A stretch of 64,000 nt of DNA, taken from positions 144,894,001 through 144,958,000 of the forward strand of contig NC_043000.1 of NCBI RefSeq assembly GCF_006345805.1. Reading direction: 5' to 3'. The notes beneath the pieces are model-generated. The model was not told where the DNA came from. It did no database searches and saw only the letters and a list, made by a program, of their open reading frames with translations. The DNA comes from Octopus sinensis. Its lineage: Eukaryota. Below are positions 12,766 to 25,399 of this stretch, one piece after another; position 1 is the stretch's first letter, and each line of letters opens with the position of its first letter. The position numbers and the translations under genes were made by a program.

Positions 12766-14936
12766 ACATATGCATGTATGCATGCGTACATATATACATA
12801 TGTACGTAGGTACGTACATACATACATGCAGACATACAGGCATGCATATATGTATGTGTATGTGTATGTATATGTGTTGTTTGTGCGTGTGTGTTTGACA
12901 TTTTTTCTAAAGAGTCAGATTCAAATTGACGATTCACTTTTAGCAACATACGTTTAAAGATTTCTGCGTCATTCGCCAATACTTGTGCTAATACATAAAT
13001 ATTTGAATACAACTGACAAATCAGATTTCAGGTATACATTTCAGGTATATATTCTATGAAGAACGTTTTTGTTTGAATTGTCATATAATAGATTTCCTAC
13101 CAACATCGTAAGCAATTCAAGATTAATAACACATTCTGTTTGCATTTTAAATTAGCATGGTTGTTTTCTCCGTGTCTCTTCTATATATATATATATATAT
13201 ACCCTTTTCTTCTTCTTTGACCCTTTAAATTTCGTTTCTTGACATTTTTGTTTTAATAGGGTTATATATTTTACTGCTTATTTCATTTATGTTCGCCGTT
13301 TTCGTTTTTCAATCGATAGAAATCTTGTTGTTTTTCTCATTGTATTTACTTAGTTTCCTGCTTGTCTTTCATAATTTCAATTACAGTTTCTCCTTCTCTG
13401 CAATGTATGTTATATGATTACATTTAGCACTTCATTGAAAAGTTTGCACTATATTCATTTTTTTCAGCTTCTTCAGTTTTATCTCAAGCCATCCACTATC
13501 CCCTCCGCATCTACATTTTTTATGTAAAGACATTTTTTTTCATATCAAGTATTTCTCACTTTATATTTTTAAATACATCTCGCTAGTTTTTTCACGTAGA
13601 TTTCTCGTTTTAATCCGTCATCTTTATTTTCAAATCTCATACTTCGGTTTCTTTGTTATTTTTACAGTAATTTTTTTTTAGTATAACATATTAGCATTTT
13701 TACGCTGTTGGGTTATTTGGGTTTATTTTCTTTTGCCAAAGCCCACCAAATCTGTGGACGCAAACAACATCACTTAAATTCAGAGACACTTGAATGGAAT
13801 ATGGAAATGCAGATAAATCTATTTCAATACCAAGTTAAATACTAAGTTAGCAAGTAACATTATTAACTCTTAAACTTCAACTCGAATAACACTTTATGAC
13901 GATATTTTCTTCGTAACCCACCAACAATTGGATAAATCTGCAAAATTTACAAAGAAAAGTACGTTAGTGTTAATAGATATATACTCATGAATGCATTTGG
14001 AATTGCCATTCATATATACAGCCTATACAAATACTCAGATATATTAGAAAACTTCTTGATGAGATTTATAAAAATATCATAACATTAAGTGGCAATATAT
14101 TTTATGGTGATTATCTTGAAAATCTACTTATTGCATCATCTGATATCAAATATGAAAAGTAGTCCTACATATGTGCAGAACAAAATTTTCATTTCAGCAT
14201 GTTTACTTTTGTGCATCAGGTATCTAGTGAAGTACTTTGTTAAAATTATGACTTTTATTCATCTTGAAAATAAATTATATTCTCCATTATCATATGGAAA
14301 TGAAATACTTCCACTTATATCACTAAATCTTTTATCCTTCACCTTAATTGTTAACTCTTATTTGCTTTATGGTTCCATTTTTTTATCATTATGATACTGG
14401 AAAATATCATCTATATATTTTGAATGTATACAATCTTTGTCGGTCGTAATTTATTTCTAAAACAATTGAACAGATCCGCTAATAAGAAGCCTAAACGCTT
14501 TCATTTCTATTCGGAATGTGTTTCCCTTTCAGTGAATATGGCCACCTAGTTATAAGAAACTCGTATCCGACGAAGAGTATCAATTCAAATGCTGCAAATT
14601 TGCTGGAGACTATTATGGAAACCTCGAAGGATTGCTGGTCACTTCAGGAATTAAGCAAACATAGTTTATGCTACATTGTGTACGTCCTTATTGAATAACT
14701 GAGGAAAGCTGCTCCTGTCTCTGCGGGCTTGTAAATCGGTTAAGAGATTTTCAAATATTTCCTGTGATAGAATTTGGTATACAAGCGACCTATATTCGGC
14801 AGTTATTTTCACAAGCATCTAATAATACAGTTCGTTCTCTTCGGGCTTGAATCTCACAGCCTAGAATCACTTCATGATTGTTTCCATAGTATATTTTCAA
14901 GTATTAATAATACGTTATATAGTTTAGTGTGATTGA

Positions 14937-14991
<55 letters not shown>

Positions 14992-15045
14992 AAGACTATA
15001 AAGACAAGGTAGAAAATGCTAAAATAAGTTCCTCATAAACTACAT

Positions 15046-15085
15046 TTTAGTACCGGTTTCCGTCTTTTAGACTTTTTCAACTAAG
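15046..15085 (-). ncRNA. Hammerhead motif with U3:A8 core variant
   Basis: Minus strand: cttag TTGAAAA a-gtc-taaaa-gac-g GAAAC cg GTA ctaa; stem I ttag/ctaa, stem II gtc/gac, palindrome ACCGGT, GUA site. Confidence 0.55.
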
Positions 15086-15455
15086 AGTAAAATAAGCAAT
15101 TTAATTGGAGGACAAATTTAAGTGAAACGTCTTGTAGATATTTCATAGTCTTTCAATGAGTCAATATTTCCATAAATTTTAGACAGTCTTTGTGAATGCC
15201 TGGTGGGTAGGCAGTTAGGTAGGTAGGTAGGTATGTAGGTAGGTAGGTAGTAGTAAATTTGAAGGAATACCTTGGGTACAGTCAATTGTGTTTATGTGTG
15301 TGTGTGATGTGTGGGTGCGTGTCTGTGTGTGATTATGTATGTGTCTGTGTTCTTTTGTGTGATAGTGTGATTATGTATATGTGAGTCTATGCTTATACTT
15401 ATTTGTATTTATATGCATGCGTTATCTAATTGCAAATACACATTTTATGTTATAG

Positions 15456-15960
15456 GTGGTCTGATCAATAAGTGTCCGGATTGTTGCCATGCCACAGAAG
15501 CTAAATCAAGCAGAGTTGAAACAACTTGGCAAAGAGTAACCTTTAGCTCTGCTATGCATGCGCACTAATTTTTAGCACTCTACATCACTTCTGTAGTGCT
15601 TGAAATGACGGCATGTAGCAGGTGGTCGTCGCATTGAACATGACAGAAAAAGTTGAGCAGAGAAACTGCATAAATGCTTGTCAAAACCTTGAAGATACAT
15701 ACTTAGATGACTACGCAAAGGTTTCAAACTTATTCATTGTTCTCAATAATCGAGATCTTGTGCAACTGAAACCCGAGTACCTTTCATATCAGCTGAAAGC
15801 AGTTTGGCAAAAAACTTCGTAGACACGCGATTTATAACAAAATCTTCAGTGACAGTGGACTGAACTGAGCTGTAATTAATTTGCACATCCTCTAATAACT
15901 CACGGATGGTGATTCGTCGATTTCCCCTCATATGTACACATACACCTACGAAATTGCCCT
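15456..15960. mobile_element. Mariner 5' fragment with an internally inverted segment
   Basis: TIR-like GGTCTGATCAATAAGTGTCCGGA then MTEKVEQRNCINACQNL (+); 15743..15931 (-) RRITIRELLEDVQINYSSVQSTVTEDF..RVSTKF is the downstream HTH region in the opposite orientation. Confidence 0.75.
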
Positions 15961-16616
15961 CAGTACTGCTGGTTGTGGGTCTATCTGGTCGTGTGTCAAC
16001 ATCAACATTTTTCAGCTATTATGGAAATATTTGAACCACTCGTATATATGTGTGCGGCTCATACACTCCTCTCCATACACGATATCGTCATGACAACTTT
16101 ATTTGCCATGCTCAATGCGAAGCTCATGCGCTACAAACATTCTTTCCAAGCACTGTTGTCAAAAGCAGAAGGGAACTACAGCATTAATACTTAGTACGCA
16201 TGCACAACAGCTTTCAGAGTTAATCATTGCCAAGCGGCTTTACTCAGCGTGCTTTAGCTTCGTTACTATTTCAACATTACGGATACTTATTAATGAGATC
16301 TGAGACATACCAATTATGTAATTGTCATTCTGCTAGCCCGATAATTATCAGTCTGGCCAAAGTTTTATATGGACAGGTTTATGACCGTCTTGCCGTTTGG
16401 ATTCTGTGAATTTCTATCTGTTTGCACATCCTTCTCACTCTCTCTCTTTCTCTGTGGTTTTATGATTCGTTCGTCACACTTGCAATGTGTTTAACATTAA
16501 TTTTAATCTCAACAGCGTTTTATAATACACATATCTGTATGCATATATATATATATATAGGCCGATAGATAGATATAGATATATACATATATACCTACAA
16601 ACATATACACACGCAG

Positions 16617-16709
<93 letters not shown>

Positions 16710-16737
16710 CCTATATATATATATATATATATATATC

Positions 16738-16814
<77 letters not shown>

Positions 16815-16836
16815 TTGTGTATGTATGCATGCATAC

Positions 16837-17000
16837 GACGGTTTCTTTTTAGCTACCCCCTACCAAATCGACTGACAAAGCTTTGGTCGACCTGAAGCTA
16901 TAGGAGTATACACTTGTCTAAGATTCCACACAGTTAGAATGAACCTCAATATATGTAGTTAGGAAGAAAGCTTCTTACAAGGCCACCACTCCTGCACCTA
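16837..17000 (-). mobile_element. SINE family 1, 5' half
   Basis: Reverse complement begins GGTGCAGGAGTGGTGG.. and reaches ..GATTTGGTAGG..AAGAAACCGTC. Confidence 0.75.
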
Positions 17001-17052
17001 TATATATATATCTATATATATATATATAATTATGCATGCATATATATATATA

Positions 17053-17197
17053 AGTGCAGGAGTGACTGTGTCGCAAGTTGCTTGTTTACCAACCACATGG
17101 TGCCTGTTTCAGTTCCACTGTTTGGCACCACCACTATATCATCGGGCCGATCACAGCCTTGTGAGTGGAATTGGCAGACGGAAACTGAAGGAAGACC
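17053..17197 (+). mobile_element. SINE family 1, 5' half
   Basis: GTGCAGGAGTGACTGTGT..CCAACCACATGG..GTGAGTGGAATTGGCAGACGGAAACTGAAGGAAG. Confidence 0.8.
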
Positions 17198-18279
17198 TTC
17201 ATATATTATTCAGCCAAGGAAGTGGTTGAATATAATCTTAAGTCCACCATTTCGTTCATATTCTGCCGAGGTCGACTTTGATATTATTCATTTCGGATCT
17301 ATTCAATTTGACGTACAGATTATTTAATAACTTTTTTTAACTAAACACTTTGAAGCCTCAGATACTATGACAATGTGTCAGATAGAACAGGGTTTACTCT
17401 TCACTTTTTTGATAAAATTTTGTATTTTAGAAGTTATTTCATCAGAAGTTACAGAGTGACAATGGACAAATTCGTGTTTGATAAGTGCTGATAAATGAAA
17501 CTCTCAGCTTTTGACTTAGTCTCTAACTTCTGCCGATGATATATATACATATTCATATATGTGCAAAAAATCTCATCACGCAATCGAACGAATGAAAGAG
17601 CCTCTACCTGGTCGCTAAAAAAAGCAGCCAAAATATTCCCGCGATAAGTTACATGCCCATTGAACGAAATGTCCTAGATTATCCCTAAAAAGATGGTCTG
17701 CTGAAGGATGGAATGTCTTTGATGATAGGTGTGCAGTATCAGGGTTGATCGGAGTCTAAGTAACAACAACATTCTGGTAAATATCTATTGCACTATTTTC
17801 ACTAAGAAAAAACAAAAAAAAATTATTTTTTACGTGGAATAAAGTACCCTAATCTCATAATATGCTGCAAATCCCTTATTTTGGCTCGGAAAAAATGGTG
17901 AATGCGCGAGGGGAGTCGTTGGAATGTTTTGTTATTGAATTGAATGAGTTCCTGTGAGCTCCTAATATTGCAAAATTAGGCTACGTAAAGTGGCCTGGTA
18001 ACTGATGGTTTTGGAATCTTGTTGTTTGTAAAGTTTGGTGAGATATGTTTCAATCCATAACATGGTAAAACTCCCTGCCATTAATTTGGTGTGGATGGAT
18101 AATATCAAATGATACAATCACAACATATATTTAAATTAAACATGAAACAAAATTGAAATTTTATCATCATGTAAAACCTGAAATATTATCTTTCAGTATT
18201 TTATAAGGTAAAATATCAAATTATTATTTGACACATTAATTAACTTATAACAGCAATGGCTGGAAGATATCACGGATTA

Positions 18280-18791
18280 CACTGAAAAAAGCGAGCATGT
18301 AAAGTAATATTCTTAAGATTACAAACATGGAAACGTACAGGACAAGGTATTACACATGTAAAAGTATAGGACAAGCTATTACTTCTAGTAAAGTAAAGAA
18401 TAAGAAACCTTTTATTTAAAATATAGCAGGTAATATCAAAATTTGAATAATAAAACTTATTTTAGTATAGTTTACAAATAACACTATACTTATTTAAGTA
18501 GAATTTAGCTAATTTACTACCTTGAATACACAAAAAGTGACTAATTAGGCAAACATACAAATTAGCTGAACAGTTTTGTACAATAAATCAAAAACACGAG
18601 AACTGTAAAGTGTGATAAAGTAGAAGAACTGGCAATCTTTCCTGCAATATTTTAAGTAAAATGTTTCTTATTCTTTACTTTTCTAGAAGTAATAGCTTGC
18701 TCAATAATTTTACAGGTGTAATAAGTAGCTCTGTAAGTTTTCAGGTTTATAATCATAAGAATATTACTTTTCGTGCCCACATTTTTCCATG
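18280..18791. mobile_element. MITE-like element with ~150-bp imperfect terminal inverted repeats
   Basis: 18280-18430 resembles the reverse complement of 18640-18791 (e.g. aaagtaatattctta.gatta, caagctattacttctag.aaagtaaagaataagaaac); termini CACTGAAAAA / CATGGAAAAA flanked by TA. Confidence 0.6.
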
Positions 18792-18804
18792 TAAAATACT
18801 TATG

Positions 18805-19005
18805 TGTGTGTGTGTGCGCGCGCATGTATGTATATGTGTCTGTGTTTGTCTAACTACCATCGCTTGACAACCGCCGTTGGTGTGTTTATCTCCCCGTAAC
18901 TTAGCTGTACGGGAAAAGACACAGACATGTTAAGTACTAGGCGTACGAAAAATAAGTCGTGGATAGATTTGTTCGATTAAAGGCGGTGCACTATCATGGC
19001 CGCAG
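18805..19005 (+). mobile_element. SINE family 1, 3' half, cut off by an HHR-bearing repeat
   Basis: CATCGCTTGACAACC..GGTGTGTTTA..GGCGGTGC..CATGGCCGCAGTC. Confidence 0.8.
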
Positions 19006-19204
19006 TCTTAGAGCGAGTTATAAACAGTAGCTGCAACACATCGTGACGTATATTTGCCATTTAAATATGGCTAACCCCTAAGGGTGGGTGCTACTGTAGT
19101 TTGTAGCCCAGGAGGACACCTCCTCCAGCTGGTTTAGACACACTTTTTGTGCCCTATGAGTATTTGCAAAGGGAAGCCATCCTTCCCGTCTTCAACTTAT
19201 GATA

Positions 19205-19249
19205 CACATGGACTCGAGTTTCTGAGTATTGACCCGTCATCAGCGTGTG
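19205..19249 (-). ncRNA. Type I hammerhead motif
   Basis: cacacg CTGATGA c-gggt-caat-actc-a GAAAC tcga GTC catgtg; palindrome ACTCGAGT, GUC site, one stem I mismatch. Confidence 0.7.
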
Positions 19250-19594
19250 ACAATCACAGTTGTCGATGAAAAGTAGCTTCCCTTCGCAAATAATTATCCC
19301 CTTTCCAGTATCGTAGAGACACTGCTATCGAAAAGGTGTAATCAAGCAATAATAAATCTTAGAGTGAGTTATAAACAGTAGATGCAACACGGGCTACAGT
19401 AGCATCCACCCTTAGGGGTTAGCCATATTTAAATGGCAAATATACGTCTCGATGTGTTGCAGCTACTGTTTATAACTCGCTCTAAGATTTATCATTGCTT
19501 GATTACACCTTTTCGATATCAGTGTCTTTACGATTCTGGAAAATGGATAAGTATTTGCGAAGGGAACCTACTTTTCATCGACGACTGTGATTGT

Positions 19595-19638
19595 CACACG
19601 CGATGACGGGTCAATGCCCAGAAACTCGAGTCCGTATG
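19595..19638 (+). ncRNA. Hammerhead motif, inverted copy lacking one core nucleotide
   Basis: cacacg C-GATGA c-gggt-caat-gccc-a GAAAC tcga GTC cgtatg. Confidence 0.55.
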
Positions 19639-19741
19639 TATCATAAGTTGAAGACGGGAAGGATGGCTTCCCTTTGCAAATATTGATAGGGCACAGAAAG
19701 TGTATCTAAAGCCAGCTATATATATATATATATATATATAT

Positions 19742-19779
<38 letters not shown>

Positions 19780-20728
19780 TATATATATTATATATATATA
19801 TAATATACATATATATAACGTACATTTCCCATTTAACTATGGCTAACCCCTAAGAGTGGATGCTACTGTAGTTTGTAGCCCCAGGAAGACACCTCATCTA
19901 GCTGGCTTTAGGTACACTTTTAAATAACGTATAAAGAAATGCAAAATGTAGGCGTTGATGATCTTTTAATCCAAATTTGATACAAATCAAATGAAGATTC
20001 TAAAATTTGATTCCAAGTCAAACTAATTCCAAAAACAAAACTAGAAAAGAGAATACTCTTGAAATCAGAATGTGACTTTTGTTCAGTAATCCATTATTGA
20101 AATGAATAGGTTCGATCAAACGCCCAGGCAGGAAGAAACACTTAAATCATGATGGAAGAACATTACACGAACACCTGATCATTCAAAACCAGAAAAGAAA
20201 ATATAAATCTAACTCCCAGCCTTGATTAAAATAACAATTCACATTATATAGATATTTGATAACGACAATTGCCATTACTATCTAAACTACACATAAATTT
20301 AATGAAACAAAAATATAGTAAGTACTAAGAATAATAGAGTTACCTAATTAAAATTTTAAAAAAATTAAACCAATATATGTTTTAATAAAAACATAATAAA
20401 TACTACAATTTAATGATAATATGATTTCAATCGAAAATAAAAAGAAATTCATTTATTTACAAATGGATGCCCACAAGTAAATCAGAGTAGATTTGCTTCT
20501 TATAGATAAATAATTAAATAAATAAATAAATAAATATATGAATTTAAAATAATTGCAAGTAAAAATTCCTTCCGTCTCATATAATCAGATAAACTTGCAT
20601 AAAATCTCTAAAAATACCTAAAATTTAAAATTAGATTCATTTTTTTCGAAAATATTATTAATTAAAAAATAAAACACAATATATACAAATACAAATTAAA
20701 CTAAACTAAGAAATAAATATTTACACAC

Positions 20729-20796
<68 letters not shown>

Positions 20797-20944
20797 CATA
20801 TATATATACATATATATATATATAAAAATATAAATATATATATACATATATATATATTCATACATGCACACGCAAAATGATATGTATATACAAACTTACA
20901 TACATTCCCATCAACAATATAAACCGATATCTATATGTATTTAT

Positions 20945-20990
<46 letters not shown>

Positions 20991-21017
20991 GATTTAAAAC
21001 GTTATATATATATATAT

Positions 21018-21061
<44 letters not shown>

Positions 21062-21292
21062 TAATATATATATATATATATATAAATGTGAAATAGAAAG
21101 ATGAATAATCTTGTAGTAGATTAATCAAAGTTTAACCGATACCTTAGTAGCAAAATCACAGCAGTAAACAGCACGGTTGGAGGTACAACCATCTGGCGTT
21201 GCAACCTGCGTTGGTGCGGATAATTGAAATTAAAACATTATTGGTGAATTGAAGAAATGGAGCTGAACGCAGATTGAACAGAAATCGTTTTA

Positions 21293-21380
21293 TTTCATTC
21301 TACACGTGTTTCGAAAGGCACAAATTACCAAATCCGATTGAATAATGGGACCATATTGTGTCTTCTCTTCAGGAAGAAAA
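21293..21380 (-). ncRNA. Type I hammerhead motif with long stem II
   Basis: ttcttc CTGAAGA gaagacacaa..ttgtgcctttc GAAAC acgt GTA gaatgaaa; palindrome ACACGTGT, GUA site. Confidence 0.7.
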
Positions 21381-21552
21381 AAGGAAATCCGTTGGAAAAA
21401 CAAAAACAGAACAGAGGCGGAGCAAAAAACAAATCGAACTGTGCTCCTAAGAGCCCATGCGAAACAGTTTCGCCATGGGCTCTTAGGAGCACGTTCGATT
21501 TGTTTTTTTGCTCCGCCTCTGTTCTGTTTTTTGTTTTTCCAACGGATTTCTT

Positions 21553-21642
21553 TTTTCTTCCTGAAGAGAAAGACACAATATGGTCCCATTATTCAATCGG
21601 ATTTTGGTAATTTGTGCCTTTCGAAACACGTGTAAATGAAAT
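21553..21642 (+). ncRNA. Mirror-copy hammerhead motif
   Basis: CTGAAGA gaaagacacaa..ttgtgcctttc GAAAC acgt GTA aatgaaa; the first stem I base is missing. Confidence 0.65.
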
Positions 21643-21714
21643 AAAACGATTTCTGTTCATCTGCGTTCAGCTCCATTTCTTCAATCACCAATAATGTTAA
21701 TATATATATTAATA

Positions 21715-21752
<38 letters not shown>

Positions 21753-22977
21753 TATATATATATTATTATATATATATATATACATATATATGTAAACATA
21801 TATATATGTATATATGTAATAATTATGTAGATATGTAATAAATTTATTAAAAACTTTCATAAAAATGTTATAAAGTTCCTCTAAAAACCTTTACTCTGTA
21901 AACTATTCAAATTATAGTATTAAGAAATAAATCTAGAACTTATAATCTAAAGAATACTTATATTGTTTTGCTAAACTAGAATAAATATCCAAATCCAAAA
22001 TTAACATAGGGAGGAATTCACTAATAAAACCCAAAGCAAAACAGAATGGCAACTTAGAAAACCAAAAATCTAAAGCAAAATCAAACGCGAATGAGAGAGG
22101 AACCAATTTCAAAAATAACTACAAAGAGTAAAACATTGATTATAAGACTCTCAATAACCGGTTAATCAAAACCCTGCTTAATTAAAAATAGAATAATATA
22201 AAACACCCATAATAGACTTTTTATTTAAAATTTTCAAACATGCATTTATTCCTATGAACACAAAAAAGAACCGCTTTCGAATTTAGAATTTAACAGGTTT
22301 CTGCTAGAAAATAAAACCAAAAATTATTCCGTAGAACGAAGAGATAAGAACCTATAACCAATATTATAAGCCTGAGCCGTCGCATAGCTATTCCATTCAA
22401 TAAAGGACATTTTATTATCTATAAGGTTCCAGATAAAATTACTAAGACTAGTAGAAACCCGAATCTAATTCACTTGAAGGTAGCCATTAGTAAATAAACG
22501 AATTTCTTCTTATTTTCGTTTGGAATCATCATATTAACTTTGAATTACGGTAATTATTATGTTTTAATGGATAATATATTGGCTTTTACTTTTTTAATCT
22601 TTTAATTAGCTAACTCTATTATTCTTAGTAGTTAGTAGATTTTTGGTTCAATAAATTTATGCGTAGTTTAGAAGTTAATGACAATTGTCATTATCAAATA
22701 TTTATATAATGTGAATTGTTATTTTAATTAAGAAGTTAGATTTATATATATTTTTTCTGGTTGTTAATGGTCTAGCGTTCGGGTAATTTCCTTGTATCTT
22801 AATTTAATACTTTGCTTCTGTCTGGGCATTTAAAGGTTAATATACATACATACAAACACACACATACACACACACACAAACACACACACACACTCATACA
22901 CACACACACACATATATATATATATAATATATATATATATACTCAAACACACACACACACAACACACACACACATAT

Positions 22978-23024
<47 letters not shown>

Positions 23025-23028
23025 TATA

Positions 23029-23073
<45 letters not shown>

Positions 23074-24464
23074 CACACACAACACACACACACATATATA
23101 TATATATAATATATATATATATAATATATATATATATAATATATATATAATATATATATATGTATATACACACACAAACACACACACACACACTCACACA
23201 CACACACACGCACATTTGCTGGTCGAACGAACCTATTTACTCGAAGAATGAATTCCTGAACAAAAGCTTAATTTTGATTTCGAAATAATTATTTTTTACG
23301 ATTTGCTTTTCGACTTAATTGGGCTTGGAAATAACTTGTAGAATCTGTTATGAATTTTAGATTAAAAGATCGTCTCGCATATATTTCTTATTTATTGATT
23401 ACACCTAAACGGAATAAATTTTTTTCTATATATTATCTTTAATTCTTTAAATTGTTTTAGCTTTAAACTGCAGTCATGTTGGAACAACCACTGCTGGCAT
23501 TGCTACGTTATTAGAAAACTCCTCTGATATGTGGCATTTGGTGAATGTGGGAGTTTGATGCTGCCGCTTTCATTTGTGTTTCCAGTCATGTGGTAGACAC
23601 ATCTACATCCAGTTTTGTTTTGAAGATACATTCTTCCACAACATGCAGATATCTCAGGCATTTTTGAAGGATATTAAAGAGCCGTGGGCTATTCAAGCAC
23701 AAGCTGTTGCAGTACATTTTCCAGTATTTTGATGATGATGCTGGAAAAAATTTATTGAAATGGCATTTCTGATAATTATTCCGATTGTATAATTACATAT
23801 TATTAATTTACAAAAGAGGTCTTGATAGGAATTTCTTGCTTAATAGCGGTCTTCAAGGAGATATTTTAGAGATTGTTATTCATTGCTTAAATAGGGATTG
23901 CTTAGTTACAAACATACATACATAGAAACATCAACATGCACACACATATAAACAGAAACACACATGTACATGCGTATATTGACATATATTCACACATATA
24001 TGCATACACAAAATCGGAGTGGGGAAGGAGAATTAGGTAGATGAAGGATGAAGAAATGAAATTTGTTGATGCTGACAATTTGGTATGAAATGTTTCTTTA
24101 AAGCCCTGTTAATGACAAAGATACACAGACACATACAAAAACACTTAACTGTATACATACACATACATATATAAATGCTACATTCATACACTCATATATA
24201 CATAGATACATACGCACACTCAGATGCACACACATATGCACACACTTATATACACGCACATATACATACGTATATACATACATACATACACATATATGTA
24301 CATACATATATGTCAATATACAATAATAATAATAATATGTATAACAGCAGAACTCTGACTTCTATAATGACAACCGTTTACTGTTTGCTCTAATTTATAA
24401 CAGACATACACGCACACACACACACACACGCATACACACACACACACACGCACACACACACACG

Positions 24465-24507
<43 letters not shown>

Positions 24508-24508
24508 G

Positions 24509-24730
24509 TGGAGGCGCAATGGCCCAGTGGTTAGGGCAGCGGACTCGCTGTCGCGGGATCACGGTTTCGATTCCCAGACCGGGCGTTGTGAGTGTTTATT
24601 GAGCGAAAACACCTAAAAGCTCCACGAGGCTCCGGCAGGGGCTGGTGATCCCTGCTGTACTCGTTCACAACTCTTTCTCCCACTGTTTCTTCTGTTGGTC
24701 TGCTTACTTAGCCAGCGGGGTGGCGTCATG
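24509..24730 (+). mobile_element. tRNA-derived SINE, family 2 (3' truncated)
   Basis: GGAGGCGCAATGGCCCAGTGGTTAG (A box) and GGTTTCGATTCC (B box), followed by a non-tRNA body. Confidence 0.8.
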
Positions 24731-24970
24731 AGGTTTTTCACGCTATGTACCTGATAATTTCTTGTTAAGATTCCTTATTAAGAGGTTATCCTTAATTGTT
24801 AAATAATTTTATTCCGAAAAAACTTTTCTTATCCGAAATCCAATTCGAAGAAGCCTGCCATTTACCGGATGTATTATATGTAAACTTCCCCATGTGCTTC
24901 GCTGGAGTCGAACAGATAGCTGTTCGGCTTTGACGATGCGAGGTCGTTTATTTATGACATGTTCAGAATC

Positions 24971-25032
24971 AGTCTTGCTGATGAGTACGGTCGCAACTGC
25001 GGTAAGTACGAAATCACAGGTGATACAAGACT
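24971..25032 (+). ncRNA. Canonical type I hammerhead ribozyme
   Basis: agtcttg CTGATGA gtac..gtac GAAA tca cagg tgat A caagact; 7-bp stem I, 4-bp stem II base, 4-bp stem III with tetraloop, AUA site (cleavage after 25025). Confidence 0.85.
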
Positions 25033-25155
25033 AAATTCATTTTTTAAATGTCTGGCTTTGAAAAAATTGCATTGGGTATGATTAGTAAATTTTTTTGGTA
25101 GAAATGACTAATGTCCCTCTTAGCGTGTGGCATGTATGTGTAATAATGCCCTCTC

Positions 25156-25208
<53 letters not shown>

Positions 25209-25399
25209 GTCATTAAGAATGAAATGTCCGATTTACTTATGCCCCAAGTTTGACAGTCATTATGTCCAATATTTTATCATGACAATTCTTTGTTTTACAG
25301 CGTTGTAGAGTTGCATCATCAGTTTTCGAAATGCAATTCATGGTGTCTGTTAATCTTCTGAGTTTTCTCTTATACATCTGTTTTAGTAAACACAGGAAT

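Larger units (their letters stand above)
19005..19880. repeat. ~340-bp HHR-bearing repeat in direct and inverted arrangement
   Basis: TCTTAGAG(C/T)GAGTTATAAACAGTAG recurs at about 19006 and 19357; 19392-19718 is an inverted copy; a further partial copy at about 19818-19880. Confidence 0.85.
21234..21698. repeat. Near-perfect ~465-bp palindrome centred at 21466
   Basis: Centre GCGAAAC-A-GTTTCGC; arms match out to AACATTATTGGTGA / TCACCAATAATGTT with occasional 1-nt indels. Confidence 0.95.

Noticed and set aside
14694-14760. CTGAGGA-aagc/gctt hammerhead-like sequence
   Set aside because: GTAAA instead of GAAA and no stem I.
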